Assembly: GCA_030704615.1 (NCBI GenBank)
Contig: CM060731.1
Coordinates: forward strand, 94,984,001 to 95,048,000
Reading direction: 5' to 3'
DNA: 64,000 bases
Source of the DNA: Takakia lepidozioides
Lineage: Eukaryota; Plantae; Bryophyta
Each line of letters opens with the position of its first letter. Position 1 is the first letter of the stretch. Made by a program: the position numbers and the translations under genes. Below, piece after piece: positions 15,020-26,800 of this stretch. A model generated the notes under the pieces. The model ran no database searches and had not been told where the DNA came from. It saw nothing but the letters and a program-made list of their open reading frames with translations.

Positions 15020-15435
15020 GTATGTCTCACTCCAGCCATGTGTCACATCTCTATTGTGGTAGTAGGTCCCAATACTAGTGCTAATTCCAACAATTTAGTT
15101 CATAATATTGTCAATGCCAGCACTTAAATTACTCTCATTCCCTTTAAGTGGGTTTGTTTTCAGCCTCTCTGAGATATTGTGTTTTTCTGGTCAGCTTTGA
15201 GACCTGTTCGTTAAAACCCTACTTTAAGAGGTTTCTATCTCATAAGTAGTATGCTATCAAGGTAAATAATATGGAACTTTCGCAGGGGGAGTGATCAAGA
15301 CTAAACCCTCACTACTTCTTACACATTTCTATGTATAGAGTATCATCAGATAATGCAGTGGGCAGGCTTACTTTTTCTGGAAGCATTTGTGATGATTAGA
15401 TTTCTGCTTTAAAAAATACTTAGGCATGCCTGAGC

Positions 15436-15497
15436 GAGGTTTACTATTTCATGAGCGCATGAGCCCATGAGCCCATGAGCCTATGAGCTCATGAGCG
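15436..15497 (+). repeat. Element A left TIR plus tandem CATGAGC subterminal repeats
   Basis: gaggtttactattt-catgagc-g-catgagc-c-catgagc-c-catgagc-c-tatgagc-t-catgagc. Confidence 0.85.
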
Positions 15498-16127
15498 GAC
15501 ATCCGCGGAATTGGAATTTTCCTGCCTTTATTGACGGTGTTATGTCCTCTTACCTCGGTAATAGGGTCTGTTTCTCCTAGTCCAGGATGCGGAATGAGGT
15601 ATTTCGGCGCCATTATTCCCAAGAGCAGTGTGCTAAAATGGTGTTTTGAAGACATCCACCGGGGTATTTCGGCACCGAAATTACCTCTTAAAATGTGATA
15701 TAGTGCGGTATTTAATGGCGCAGAACGGGCTATTTGGGCGCCGAAATACCCAAGTGGAATGTGCTGAAGTGCCTTGTGTTGAAGGCTTCCATCGCGATAT
15801 TTTGGTACAGTAATTCATCCGTGGAATTTTTGAGGCCCATATAACGAAGGCGCGCATTGGGCTATTTCGGCGCCAAATTTTCCAATAGGAATGTTAGAAA
15901 CGGCAGGGTTTTCATGGCTTCAAGTTCTCGGCTCGATGGTGTGCATAAATTACTTGTAGGGTTCTTCAATGAAGTTTGCGTCTCTTCTGCTTTTATTATA
16001 CATTTTGGTTGGCGGAAGAAATGTAGGGAATCGGACAAGCAGTCCGAACACAATGATTTTTCAAATCGTCAATATTTTCATTAAGTGTTTCAGAACTGTA
16101 CAACAAAAAGATCCAAATGAGACTTTG

Positions 16128-17990
16128 CTATGGTGAGGATCCGCTATCACTGTCCGATGCATCCCCGGCCTCATGCAAGGATGGCTGCCTTCCACCTGCC
16201 TCCGAACCTGCACTGCCGTTACCGCTGTTACTCTGAGAAGCCCTCCCCTCAAAAATACCATCCTCACCAGCCGGAACTGTCCACTTGGGTGCGGAAGTGT
16301 CCTCAACATTCCCCTCGCTCTCGGACGCGGATTCTATTACGAACTTCCCTACTCTGCCTTTCACAATTCTATGTTTGGCCTCACGCCTCATTATAATTCT
16401 CTGCTCATTCCCGTATGTCAATTGCTCTAACCGAGTAGGCCTATCCTCCCTACTGATGGCTTCTCTGGCAGCCGTGTCTGCATAGGCTGGTAGAAAAAAA
16501 GGCTTCTGGGGACTCGCGAGAAACGATTTTCTGGCAAAGAATGGCCGATGCGATTCTATCTCTTCCTGTGCAACAGGGTCCGATTCGGGCAAGTCTCCCA
16601 GCTTCTCCTCGTCGGACGACTCTGCAAGGCTGAGTGTACGCACAAACATAGAATGAAGTACATTAGAGAATTCAAACAGGGAATCATCGGCAGGTTGCAT
16701 GGTCCCTACAACCGAAACCAATACACTTACTATGGTGCAACTCACTCGAAGACAGGCATTGGGGGAAGCGGCTTCGGGCGCCCCTGCATCGAACGAATTT
16801 CCTGGACTTCCTCCTCTTCATCTTCCTTCTCCCCTTCCACGTCATCTTCTGCGTTTTTGGGATCCTCAGTCGGAGGCAAACGCTGAAGGCCCGCCAAATT
16901 GTAATCGTACAAGGCCGTATCCCCCTCAAATGAGAACACAAATCGGTTCGACATCCTTCCCGCCCACATACAGGCACCTGCAAATTCATACGACACAACC
17001 ACAACCAAACTCAAGAATGAGTCGCTTCCTCGCACAAGCAAACATACACAAACGGAAATGGTGTCAATTTTGGTGCCGCATTCAATTAACGTTCTCACCT
17101 GTATTTGCAGTGATGTCGAGGACCCTGCCTTCAACATCCGTACATGTTTCCATGAGCGTCTGGGATGAATGCAGGACTCATGGTCCTGCCATACCTCCAT
17201 GGCTTGCCCGACAAATCACAAAGAATGTCCTTCTCTCCCACATGGTTGAACAGGACGTTATACTCCAGTGGATCAACTATGGAATCAACAAGTCTTCCTG
17301 TTTCACGTAATTTGAATTTCTAATGTTTCTTCACGAAGCAAAATGCCTGAAAGATAAGAGTCCGCAAGCTCCAGCAGGTTCTGATCGTCGCCAAGTCGTA
17401 CCACGTTGTCGTCCTCTCCTTCTGTCAGCTCAATGGGCCGCCCTTCTGCAGATCCAACTCCCACATCTCCAGCAGCCTCCACCGCATCCGTGTTTTTTGA
17501 AATTGACTGCAAACCCAATATCTCTGCTTCCAGTCTCCCTAGGGGTTTTACTGGCGAAGCCATGGGCTCCTTCTGCTTCCTCGACTTCCGAACTCTAGGT
17601 GGGCTTTTCTGAGGCGATATCTGAGGTGTTGAATGAGGACTCGCCTGCCTCGATGCACTTCCACCTTGCGAGCGCAGCACCCGGGCAGGAGTATCCAAAG
17701 TTGACTGTGTTGCTTCGCCCCCCTGCGATCCCTCCCCAGCTCCCATGTCAAACAAACAGGAAAACATGAGACACTGCACGCAAAAAAAAAGGTGTAAAAG
17801 GAATATTGCGTATGGAGTGCTTCACATCTGCAAAGCACGAATCTCTCACTGGTGGGCGATCCGAGTCTCCGGATAACGAGGTCTACATTTCATGCATGAG
17901 ACGGAGCTTAAGTCGTGTCGTCGGCGGCTTCCCAAAATCCCGCGTCCTCCTTCTCTTTGCCGGAGTCACCTGACCTTCCACAAACTCTAT
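16128..17990 (-). pseudogene. Element A accessory gene remnant: N-terminal exons joined by deletion to the C-terminal half of a beta-class amino-methyltransferase
   Basis: Reads ...GKPWRYGRTMSPAFI-(fs)-QTLMETCTDVEGRVLDITANTG|intron|ACMWAGRMSNRFVFSFEGD, then the C-terminal RPFFARKSFLASPQKPFFLPAYA. Homologous to 60161-61315 and 23880-24862. The ParB and motif-IV regions are missing; the deletion junction is near 17310. Confidence 0.75.
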
Positions 17991-18409
17991 GCTACCACTA
18001 TGCCGCATAAGGAGAGGAAACGCAGGAGAATGTCACTGCAGAAGGGCAAGGAGCGAGAGAGCGAAGCGGTGGAACATGCAACCACTCTACACGAGCAGAT
18101 GTGTAAGCAGCCACGTCTCCCGAAGCGTTGCCACCGTCCACCACTTTCTGCCGTATGGGTGATGAAGAGATTGTGACCCCTGACACGTTCGCACGGATGA
18201 AGTCGACTGGAACACGACGCGTGCCAGTTCCAGCCACCAGTTAAAGATGGTTTATCCGAATTGCGGCACCGAAATACCTTCCGTTCACCGGATGCTGTTC
18301 CCGGAGCAGCCGACATTGAATGAAATATCCGCACATCATGAAACCCAACCGCCATGAAAATCCCCTGCCTATGACATTCAACAGTCAGGTCGGTACGTTT
18401 CATCAGCGG

Positions 18410-19642
18410 ACGGATGAATTTCGGCGCCGAAATTCATCCTATTCAAGTGCTTTCGTACACAAACTTACAAATTTCGGCGCCGCAATTCATCGCTTCCCAA
18501 GTCCTAATTCGTCATGAGCAAACCTGTCAGTGGGATATCGGAGCCGGAATTAAATCCGGAACAGTGGAAACGGCTGCACTTGGGCACATTTCATCCATAT
18601 TTCGGCGCCGAAATTCATTACGAATATCTCCGTCCACGCGTAGACGAGGTGAAATCATCCATATTTCGGCGCCGAAATTCATCCAGAGCGAAGACTAAAT
18701 CGGCACCATGCTATGCTTTGCCGCCATCATTGCCCCTGACGGATGCTGTCCATGCCTGTTGGACTTGCCATTTCTGGACATTTAACTATAATTTCGGCGC
18801 CGAAATTATCCTTTATGTGCGGCAACGTCCCGTGCGAAAAAGACCACTTAATGGATACTGTCGGTTTCAAATGAAAAAAAACGGCTAAAATACAATTAAT
18901 TTTGACAGAATGGGTTCAATATGCCGATTTCTCCATTAAATGCAGAATATTCCTCTTATCTTCGTCGGAACGGGGTATTTCCAACGATTTACGGAAAATT
19001 ATATCATCCAGAAGCAAATAGTAAGTGTCGGGTTTGGACGAATTTCGGCGCCGAAATTCATCCGTCGCATAGAAAATGTAATATTAGAGTTACTCATTGC
19101 GGACAGTAAGGATGAATTTCGGCGCCGAAATTCATCCATTTCAAAGAAAAATAAATATTGGAGGGAGGGCATTGGATGAATTTCGGCGCCGAAATCCGGC
19201 GCTCAAACCCTGAAAAGAATTTGGAGGGATGGAGTCGGTTGAATTTCGGCGCCGAAATTCATTGTTCGCGAAGAAAAATAAATAAATTCGGGAGGACTTC
19301 GGATGAATTTCGGCGCCGAAATTCATTGCTCGCGAAGAAAAAATAAAAAATCGGGAGGACTTCGGATGAATTTCGGCGCCGAAATTCATTGCTCGCGAAG
19401 AAAAAAAAAAATTCGGGAGGACTTCGGATGAATTTCGGCGCCGAAATTCATTGCTGGCGAAGAAAAAAAAATTTCGGGAGGACTTCGGATGAATTTCGGC
19501 GCCGAAATTCATTGCTCGTGGAGAAAAAATAAATTCGGGAGGACTTCGGATGAATTTCGGCGCCGAAATTCATTGCTCGCGAAGAAAAAGGAAAATTAGA
19601 AGGGAGGACTTGGATGAGATTCAGCGCCGAAGTTCATCTGTC

Positions 19643-19684
<42 letters not shown>

Positions 19685-20140
19685 TCAGATGAATTTCGGC
19701 ACCGAAATCCATCCGCAGGGCAGCAGAATTAGGGTCGGAAAAGGAGATGAAGAATGAATTTCGGCGCCGAAATACATCCATTCTGCCGATTCAGGATTAC
19801 TGTCATTCGGATGTCGGCACCGATATCCGGACACGTGGTGAATCACGACTGTAATCAGGAACACATTCATCTGTATTTTGGCATCCAAATTCAACCCTCA
19901 TGTGCAGAAACAATTTGATGAAGAAGATGTTCATCCGAATTTCGGCACCGAAATCCATCCGTTGGATGCTTGGTCAGTTTCATGAGGTGAACAAATTACT
20001 ATTTCTGTCGCCGGAATTCATCCCCTGGCTTCCAAAGTTGTTACATGACAGAGATGTTCATCCAGATTTCGGTGCCGAAATTCATGGGAAGGCCTGATTT
20101 ATTGTAGCCCAAGTGGTTGTACATTACAATTCAGGCACCA
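18410..20140. repeat. Array of ATGAATTTCGGCGCCGAAATTCAT palindromes, with a 61-64-bp tandem core at 19241-19600
   Basis: More than 20 perfect or degenerate copies, e.g. the 28-bp perfect palindrome GGATGAATTTCGGCGCCGAAATTCATCC near 18412. Spacings are mostly 53, 63-64 or 74 bp. Confidence 0.95.
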
Positions 20141-20477
20141 AATATCCGATGTGAACTTGCTGTTGTCGTCCGTTTTTGTAACGTACGTTACATACCTTCA
20201 TCTTTACGTGCACTGATCACCCATCCTGTTGGATACGGAATCCTCCAGAAAATCATTTGTGTTATTAGGTAGGACACACTCTTCTCACTGCAGGACTTCG
20301 CTGCGGAGCGTACCGAGAGGTCCCGTCTTCAACATGGACTCCCGTGTTTGGGTAAACGTGTACTTCCATCCTGATTCTCTGAAAGCTAAAATACGTTCCA
20401 CGAAATCCAATTCCCAGTCGTCATCCTCCTCCCACAAGAAGCTCTTCGCCCCGCATACCGGTGGGTGACCCCGCAGC

Positions 20478-20879
20478 TTGGCCCACCCATCGGTGGGGAA
20501 ACTGAAAAGACGGCGGCCACCAACAAAGGCGAACGACACCAGGATGGCCAACGCTCTTGCAATGCCTTGCATAGTGCAAGGTTGCAGGGATGTTCCTCAC
20601 CCCGGGATGGGGCGCATATTTCAGTTGTCAACAGCCGGGTCTGCTGCGCGCAGTGTCGTGTATACAATCACGGTTTCACAGTACCCAGCTTGCAACTGTG
20701 AGGACTTCCTTGTTATGGAATCGAAGAATGCAGCATACGTCCCCTGCAAACACCTTTATTACATTTTTCTGAAGCGCATGAGTTGCATATCCGCAGTGGA
20801 CGTCTTCATCCATGCTCCAACACTGAGTTTCAACGAGCTGCACAAGGCCCTACGGCAGGACACTAGTCGGACTGCTTGA
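20478..20879 (+). pseudogene. C-terminal SWIM Zn-finger remnant of the element A transposase
   Basis: PACNCEDF...PCKHLYYIFL (CxC-xn-CxH). Aligns by eye with the C-terminus of the 34858-36090 ORF. The DDE core is absent. Confidence 0.85.
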
Positions 20880-21562
20880 CATTCCACATTCGGGAAGGAG
20901 AAAGTGGCAATTATATTACATTCATCTTCTTGCACCCTACTTTTTTTGGAGGAATTATACACTTGGTGGTGCCGCATCGCCATGGCTACATGTGAATTTT
21001 GGTGCCGCAATACATGAGAATGTGGTTTTTGGCCATGAATGGCATGCGCATGCTTTTTTTATTTTGGTTGTCTACAAATGGATCCGAGTAAAGCATACAT
21101 TGTGTGGAGATTAACGGGCATTGAGGCCTATTTCAGCGCCGTTTATGGTCTATGTACTGCATAGTGCTTCCTTGTTACTGCTCTTCATTCAATTTGTAGT
21201 GATTTCGCAGCCCATCCTGGCGTTTTCGTCCACCTCTATGAGAAGACTCCAATTTGCTACAAATACATTGTTACTGTTCTGCAAATGTGATGTCTTTACA
21301 AGATTGCTAGTTCTGTGTCCCAGTGGGAAGGGTCCTACTGCACATTCCAGCATTTGCATACTGCACTTTGTGCAAACAGCAATCCATACGACAAAGGACA
21401 CGTCCCAGCATACTGGCAGTGAATTGCAAAAAACCTTAACAGAAGATTATCCAAGCATGTATATTCCCCATATGGCACAGGGAAGCTGCTTGATTTCTGA
21501 ATGAAAATGTATGTGTCATGAGTGTCGGCGAGTCGAAACATGTCTACTCTAGCATGCAAGAC

Positions 21563-22114
21563 CTATGGTCCCCTCGCCCAAGAAGAAGGAACTCTAATTG
21601 GCCTCTCAAGGACCTCCTGAGTGACCGGGTGCCTATATTTGAACAAAATGTCAGTGGTTTCTGTCGCCCGGTTGAAACTAACGAGGATGTCGTGTTTATC
21701 GATAGCGCCCCCTTGGTAGAAGGACATTTTCACAGTGGGCCCTGTGTTCCCCTCCTCCTCATCCTCATAATTGAAGAGAATGTCTCCACTTTCCGAGCCA
21801 GTCCGTCCACGCGTAAAGTTTTCACCTATGCACTCATCATACGTCCACTCGCAACAATTCCAGCGATACAGCAACGCTGTGCGTGATCTGTTTGGCTCCC
21901 ACTCATGCGGAAAGTCCAGGTCCATGATGCGTAGGAACCACCTGCTCCCCAACCGGGGTCCAGGAGAATCGTGCAATCCTGGAAGAAACTCCATTGCTCT
22001 CAGCTGGACAAGTCGAGGATCGTCCCTATAAACATCCAGGAAAACAATGATGTCGTCTGCTTTCGGGAAAATGACTCCCGTCTGGCGTCGATAGATGTGA
22101 TTCGGGCACGACAT
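21563..22114 (-). CDS. Hypothetical intronless ~183-aa cargo protein in element A
   Basis: Uninterrupted ORF from the ATG at 22114 (MSCPNHIYRRQTG...) with globular-protein-like composition. No family recognised. Confidence 0.4.
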   Translation of the reverse strand: MSCPNHIYRRQTGVIFPKADDIIVFLDVYRDDPRLVQLRAMEFLPGLHDSPGPRLGSRWFLRIMDLDFPHEWEPNRSRTALLYRWNCCEWTYDECIGENFTRGRTGSESGDILFNYEDEEEGNTGPTVKMSFYQGGAIDKHDILVSFNRATETTDILFKYRHPVTQEVLERPIRVPSSWARGP

Positions 22115-22234
22115 GGCCTCACGACATAGCACGAACTCAAAGCAGGGAGGAGATGGGCACAACAGAGAAGAGTGAAGAGCAAAATGAGAGCAAGGCCTCC
22201 CTTACCGTAAGGCGGGTATTTGCTCTCCGGAGCC

Positions 22235-22700
22235 CAATTTTGGCGCCATTATTGGATGGAGTGCGGAAGCTTCAGCTGAGAATTTTGTTTCCGCAGGTCA
22301 ATTTCGGCGCCGTTATTGGTTGCAATCCCTAGCCTTCAGCCGGGTATTTGGTTTCCGGACCCAATTTCGGCGCCGTTATCGGCTGCACTCCGGTGGCTTC
22401 AACCGAGTATTTGATTTTCGGGGCCCATTTCGGCGCCGTTATCGCCTGCACTCCGGAGGATGCAGCCGGGTATTTGGTTGGCGGAGCCCAATTACTTTCA
22501 CCGTTGTTGGCTTCACTCCCGAGCCTTCAGCCGGCTATTTCTTTTCCTGTGCCCAATTACGGCGCCGTTATACCCAACCATCATGCACTTCTGCAACAGT
22601 ACTATCCACGGTTATAGGTCGCCATTGCGTTTTCGGAGTCTGCAAACCCGGATCCTAATTCCGCTTGCGTCTCTGCCTCTGGGATAATTTCGGTGCCGTT
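22235..22700 (+). repeat. Degenerate 63-64-bp tandem repeat carrying AATTTCGGCGCCGTTAT
   Basis: Core positions 22241, 22305, 22368, 22431, 22560, 22691. Confidence 0.85.
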
Positions 22701-22743
22701 ATTGCCCAGAATTCAGTTTTTCTATGACCTGGCCTAGCGGTCC

Positions 22744-22963
22744 ATGAGCCTGGGCTCCAAGTCATGAGCGTACACTGGTACTCATGAGCGGAGTGCTTCC
22801 AGCATGAGCGCGGAAATCTTCGATTTTTGATTATTTTATAGTTTTGGGCCCGAAAAAAATCTGCCGAAATTCGAAGTGTGTTACTTTGCGGCTCATGGGT
22901 GAGCCATGCCCGCTCATGAGCTCATGAGCTCACCGCTCATGAGCTCATGGAATAGCAACCCCC
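22744..22963 (-). repeat. Element A right subterminal CATGAGC/GCTCATG repeats and TIR
   Basis: Multiple catgagc/gctcatg copies ending in gctcatggaatagcaaccccc. Confidence 0.85.
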
Positions 22964-23879
22964 ATGCCTGAGCTGAGGAATACTATGTAAGTTTGGAGCT
23001 GGTTGGCATGTTAAGAGTGCGCAATTTTTCTGGCAAGGTTGGCAATGACTTTGAAGTGATCATTGTGCTGATCTCAAATCTTCTGATAATTATAGCTCAA
23101 ATGTACTCAAGGTACCCATCAAAGATCCGGGTACCTGGAGATTGACCCATGTTAATAGGGCTATTTATCAAAAAAGCCATACCATCTTGTTTATAAATGT
23201 AATTCCTGTTAAACATGTGGGAAACCCCGTCAACCCTTATGGTTCCTTAGACTGGAAATCAACGGGGGATGCTAGAGTGTGAGCCTAGGAGCCTGGCGTG
23301 AGCCCAGGACACGTGGCATGATTTTGGGAAAGATGCGGCGTCTATTTCCGTGGAAGATGACCCATTACCGCAGAAACACGTCTTCATCCATATTTATCCT
23401 GCAACCCCAAACAGAAACCCCAACCCTTGTCAGCCGTAGGGACCCACCTCAACCCCGACAGTGAACCTCGCCATCCCGCCCCTGTGCATGATACTGCACA
23501 CTGACATCATCCATGGGACCATCCATGCATGCAACATTCATCCACAGGTCACATCCAATCTGGCTTCATCCATCCAAAAACATTCATCCTCCATCCATCC
23601 AACCAAATATTGGTGTGATGGCATATGTCGAATGACTGTCTACTGGACTATGTTCATCTCTGTTGAAAAACTTTTATTGAATGCACACGGTTGAATTGGA
23701 GAGCAATGTTTAGAAGGAAAACACTTTCAAATTCGCAGGACGCGGGGGAGAGAATGTTTCAATGACGGGATGTGAATTTCATTGTAGTCTGTGCTCATTA
23801 TAACGGATGGTGGGAAGAGAAATGGTGGTGCAACGGAAAACGGAGAGTGTGTCCCCTCATGTTCCATAAATGAATGCCC

Positions 23880-26800
23880 TCAAGTACATCCGTAGGTGGT
23901 GTCAACACTGCTAATGCTACCACCTGAATCTGCTGAACTGCTAGGAGTACTGCTACCACCTGAAACTGCGGCACTATCATCTATGAAGACCTTTGCGCGG
24001 AGGTGCCTAAGTGTCTTCCTGGAATTCCAACGCAAGGGTGGGGGAGAAAGCACAGCTGCATGCACACGAGCAATGCCTTCCGCGTAGTCGGGAAGGACAT
24101 AAATAGGAGGTGGGCTCCAGCACAAGTCCCTCAAGTATATGGAAGACAGGGGCAACGAGATTGCGTTGACATTCATGCAATCAGAAATGCACCATTTGGG
24201 TAATAATCAGACAACAGAAGGGGACGCGACAGAGAATATACACAAGGATGAAATAGACAGAAAATGAACTTACTCACATGAAAAGTCATTGTCCAGGTCC
24301 TTGTCGTCTCCGTCGAGGATATCAATTTGCTCAGTGACATCCTTCACACTGGAGGTAGACGAGCCCCCTTGCAACTCGGCGAGTAGGCCGGTGAAAATAT
24401 CTGCATCTCCTTCCATACCAAACAAGTGTCTGCCACCTGCCTTGCAAGCATGGTAAGAAGCGCCTGCAAGAGACAGAATGATGGAATTAGAGTTTTAGAA
24501 TATTGAGTAAAGGACGTGCAGAAGAAAAGAAATCGATGACAAAGGCAAGAAGAGAAACCTGTGCCGAGAGTGAGATCTATGATACGGGCCCCTGGCCGAG
24601 AACAACTCTCAATGATCGTTTGGATAAAAGCCGAGCTTTTTTCACGGGCCCCTCTCGAAGGCGTTCCATTTGGCTTTCGCAAACATACGTTGGAGTCCAC
24701 ATAGTTGTAGTGCATGTCATCGACGACAGGATCGAACCTCTTGTTTATGAAACATCCTCCCCCATGAAGCTCGAACTCAACCACTGTGGTGGGAGTCAAC
24801 AGTGGATGTACCCTCACGAGACAGACGGCCTCAAATAGACGGGTCTGCGATGAAGAGGTCAATAATTAGTGAGAAATGTTTCATAGCACATCTGGGTGGG
24901 AGTGCAGACCCATTCTAGATGGAACGGGTTCAGAGTCATTGCTCATGCACCGCCAAAACTGAGTGCGCTGAAGCACTCATTCAGGCAGTGCGAACAACAT
25001 GACTTCATAACAGTCAGTACAGTGGAACTTCAACAGAGAAGGCATAAAAATAAAGTATTTGAAACGTACCTTCTGCCCTGGGCAATCCCCCTTCGTCAGA
25101 TATAGGCTGTTGACACAATTCCATGTCTTGATAATCCGCATCCCCGACGCTTTCAAGTAGCTTGCCAGCTCCCGGCGACATCTCATCGTGACAGATTGTA
25201 TGATAACAAGAACCCCTGCATCGGAAAGGAAAAACTTGCAAAAGGAAAACACCCAACTCCAATACCTCTCGTCATGTTGGGCAGGTGTCACTGGGCAGAA
25301 TATCCGGGACTGGATGCCTGTCCGGAATGTCCACAATAACCATCTCCGAAGCAAACGGTTTCAGTGCACCATTCACCCAAGATTCCTTTCCCCTCCATGC
25401 CTACAAACAATATAGCGTGTAAGAAGGGAAAGATGTTTTATAAGCGACCTTTCTGATCCGAGCAAAAATAAAACAAAGAAAACAAAACTCAAACACATGC
25501 ATGATAATTGCTTACCGATTGGAGAAAAGCACAGAGCTTGTCCAACGTTTTGGAAGGATCACCACTGTAACTTGACTTCCTTGTCTCCATCATGGCCAGG
25601 AACCCGTCGTTTACCAGCTCGCACATGCCCGGAAAAATGATTCTAGATGGGTGGTCCATTGCATCGTAGGGCTCTTTAAGACCCTTTTTCTTTCGGTCAG
25701 GCTTTCTGGCTGGGGGTGGGGTCTGCAGTGTTCCCGGTTGCACCACGGACTCCATCTCATTCTCATTCGGAGTGTTTTTCTGCCCCTTTACCTTCCCTTT
25801 CCCCTTGTCCCTTCTAGGCTTGACTGGCATATTTTGTGCAAGAGGCTCTTTCTCAACCAATATCCTCAAGTTTCTCTCGTGCAACTCCTTGTCCGTCAGA
25901 GGGGCCAAGGCCTCTGCATTGTCGTTTTGATTTCGGGTCACAAGCTCAGACCAAGGGCATCCAGACCGTGAGATATCCATATACCAGCAGCAGTCTCGAA
26001 GATGCGAGGTCCCGTAATCCTTCAAAATCCCTACAGTGTACATTGTCTGAGCGTTGGATGGATCACACCATAGGTCAATAAAGTGTAGGTGTCGACTCAG
26101 GTTCTGGCCTGGAATGAGAATGTTTTTTATGTACCTACACAATCAAAATAGAGGGAATATTAGTGAGTGGGGAAAGTGTGAGATAATTGTTTAAGGACCC
26201 CTTGACTAAGTGCGCCAACGCACACAATTTTTGGTCTGTCCAATCAGGCCCTACTTACAAGCCAGGGCAGGTGTGGCTCAGTACAGGATCGGATATTTGT
26301 ATGTACAATGAGAGCTTGGGAGACACAGACGTGCCCACCCCTTTACTGAGTGCGTCAGCGCACACAGTTTTGGGACTGTTTATTCAAAAGAGCAGGGCTG
26401 CAACGAAATCGAAACTTCGTGAGAAAAGAAAGAAGGGTGGGAAAAGAGTGTCAAGACGAACCTGTATAGAACCCTCTTCATGGCCTGTTCTGATTAGTGT
26501 GCGAGATGCCTCCCTCTTTGGCGAACTCCCTGAAGAAGCAAGTGCCGAAGCAAGCTACTTTCCACTGCGGACATAGTCTTCTAGAGTATCCGTCGGTGGA
26601 GTCATAGTTATATTGTAATCGTTCAGCTGTTTCTCCAAAACTAGTTGTACCCGAGCCTCTATCTACGCAAGAACAGTTCTACAATTCAGAGAAAAGATGT
26701 TGAAGAAGAGTAAGTGACTTTTCCCGGTGCAATGCAGATTTGCAGTGGAAATGGAAAGGGGAGAGGAAAAAACCTGTGCCCAGTATGTGGCTTTGTGCAG

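Larger units (their letters stand above)
15436..22963. mobile_element. MULE-like element A (7528 bp), both ends present, internally deleted and non-autonomous
   Basis: Left end GAGGTTTACTATTTCATGAGC and right end GCTCATGGAATAGCAACCCCC form an imperfect 21-bp TIR. The 10-bp TSD ATGCCTGAGC sits at 15426-15435 and 22964-22973. CATGAGC clusters lie at both ends. Contains MTase-gene and SWIM remnants. Confidence 0.9.

Noticed and set aside
15426-15435. Target-site preference for CATGAGC-like sequence (TSD ATGCCTGAGC)
   Set aside because: The flanks of the other termini (ggaaatcaac, ggtgagacaa, tccatggaat, cccgaaaatg) show no such similarity.
19645-19682. Poly-A tract as a LINE/SINE tail
   Set aside because: It sits where each 61-64-bp unit has an A-run, so it is an expanded homopolymer. 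No TSD or retroelement body is present.
18410-20140. True CRISPR array
   Set aside because: No cas genes, an intron-rich eukaryotic context, spacers that are partly tandem duplicates, and the same motif scattered throughout the TIR-bounded elements.
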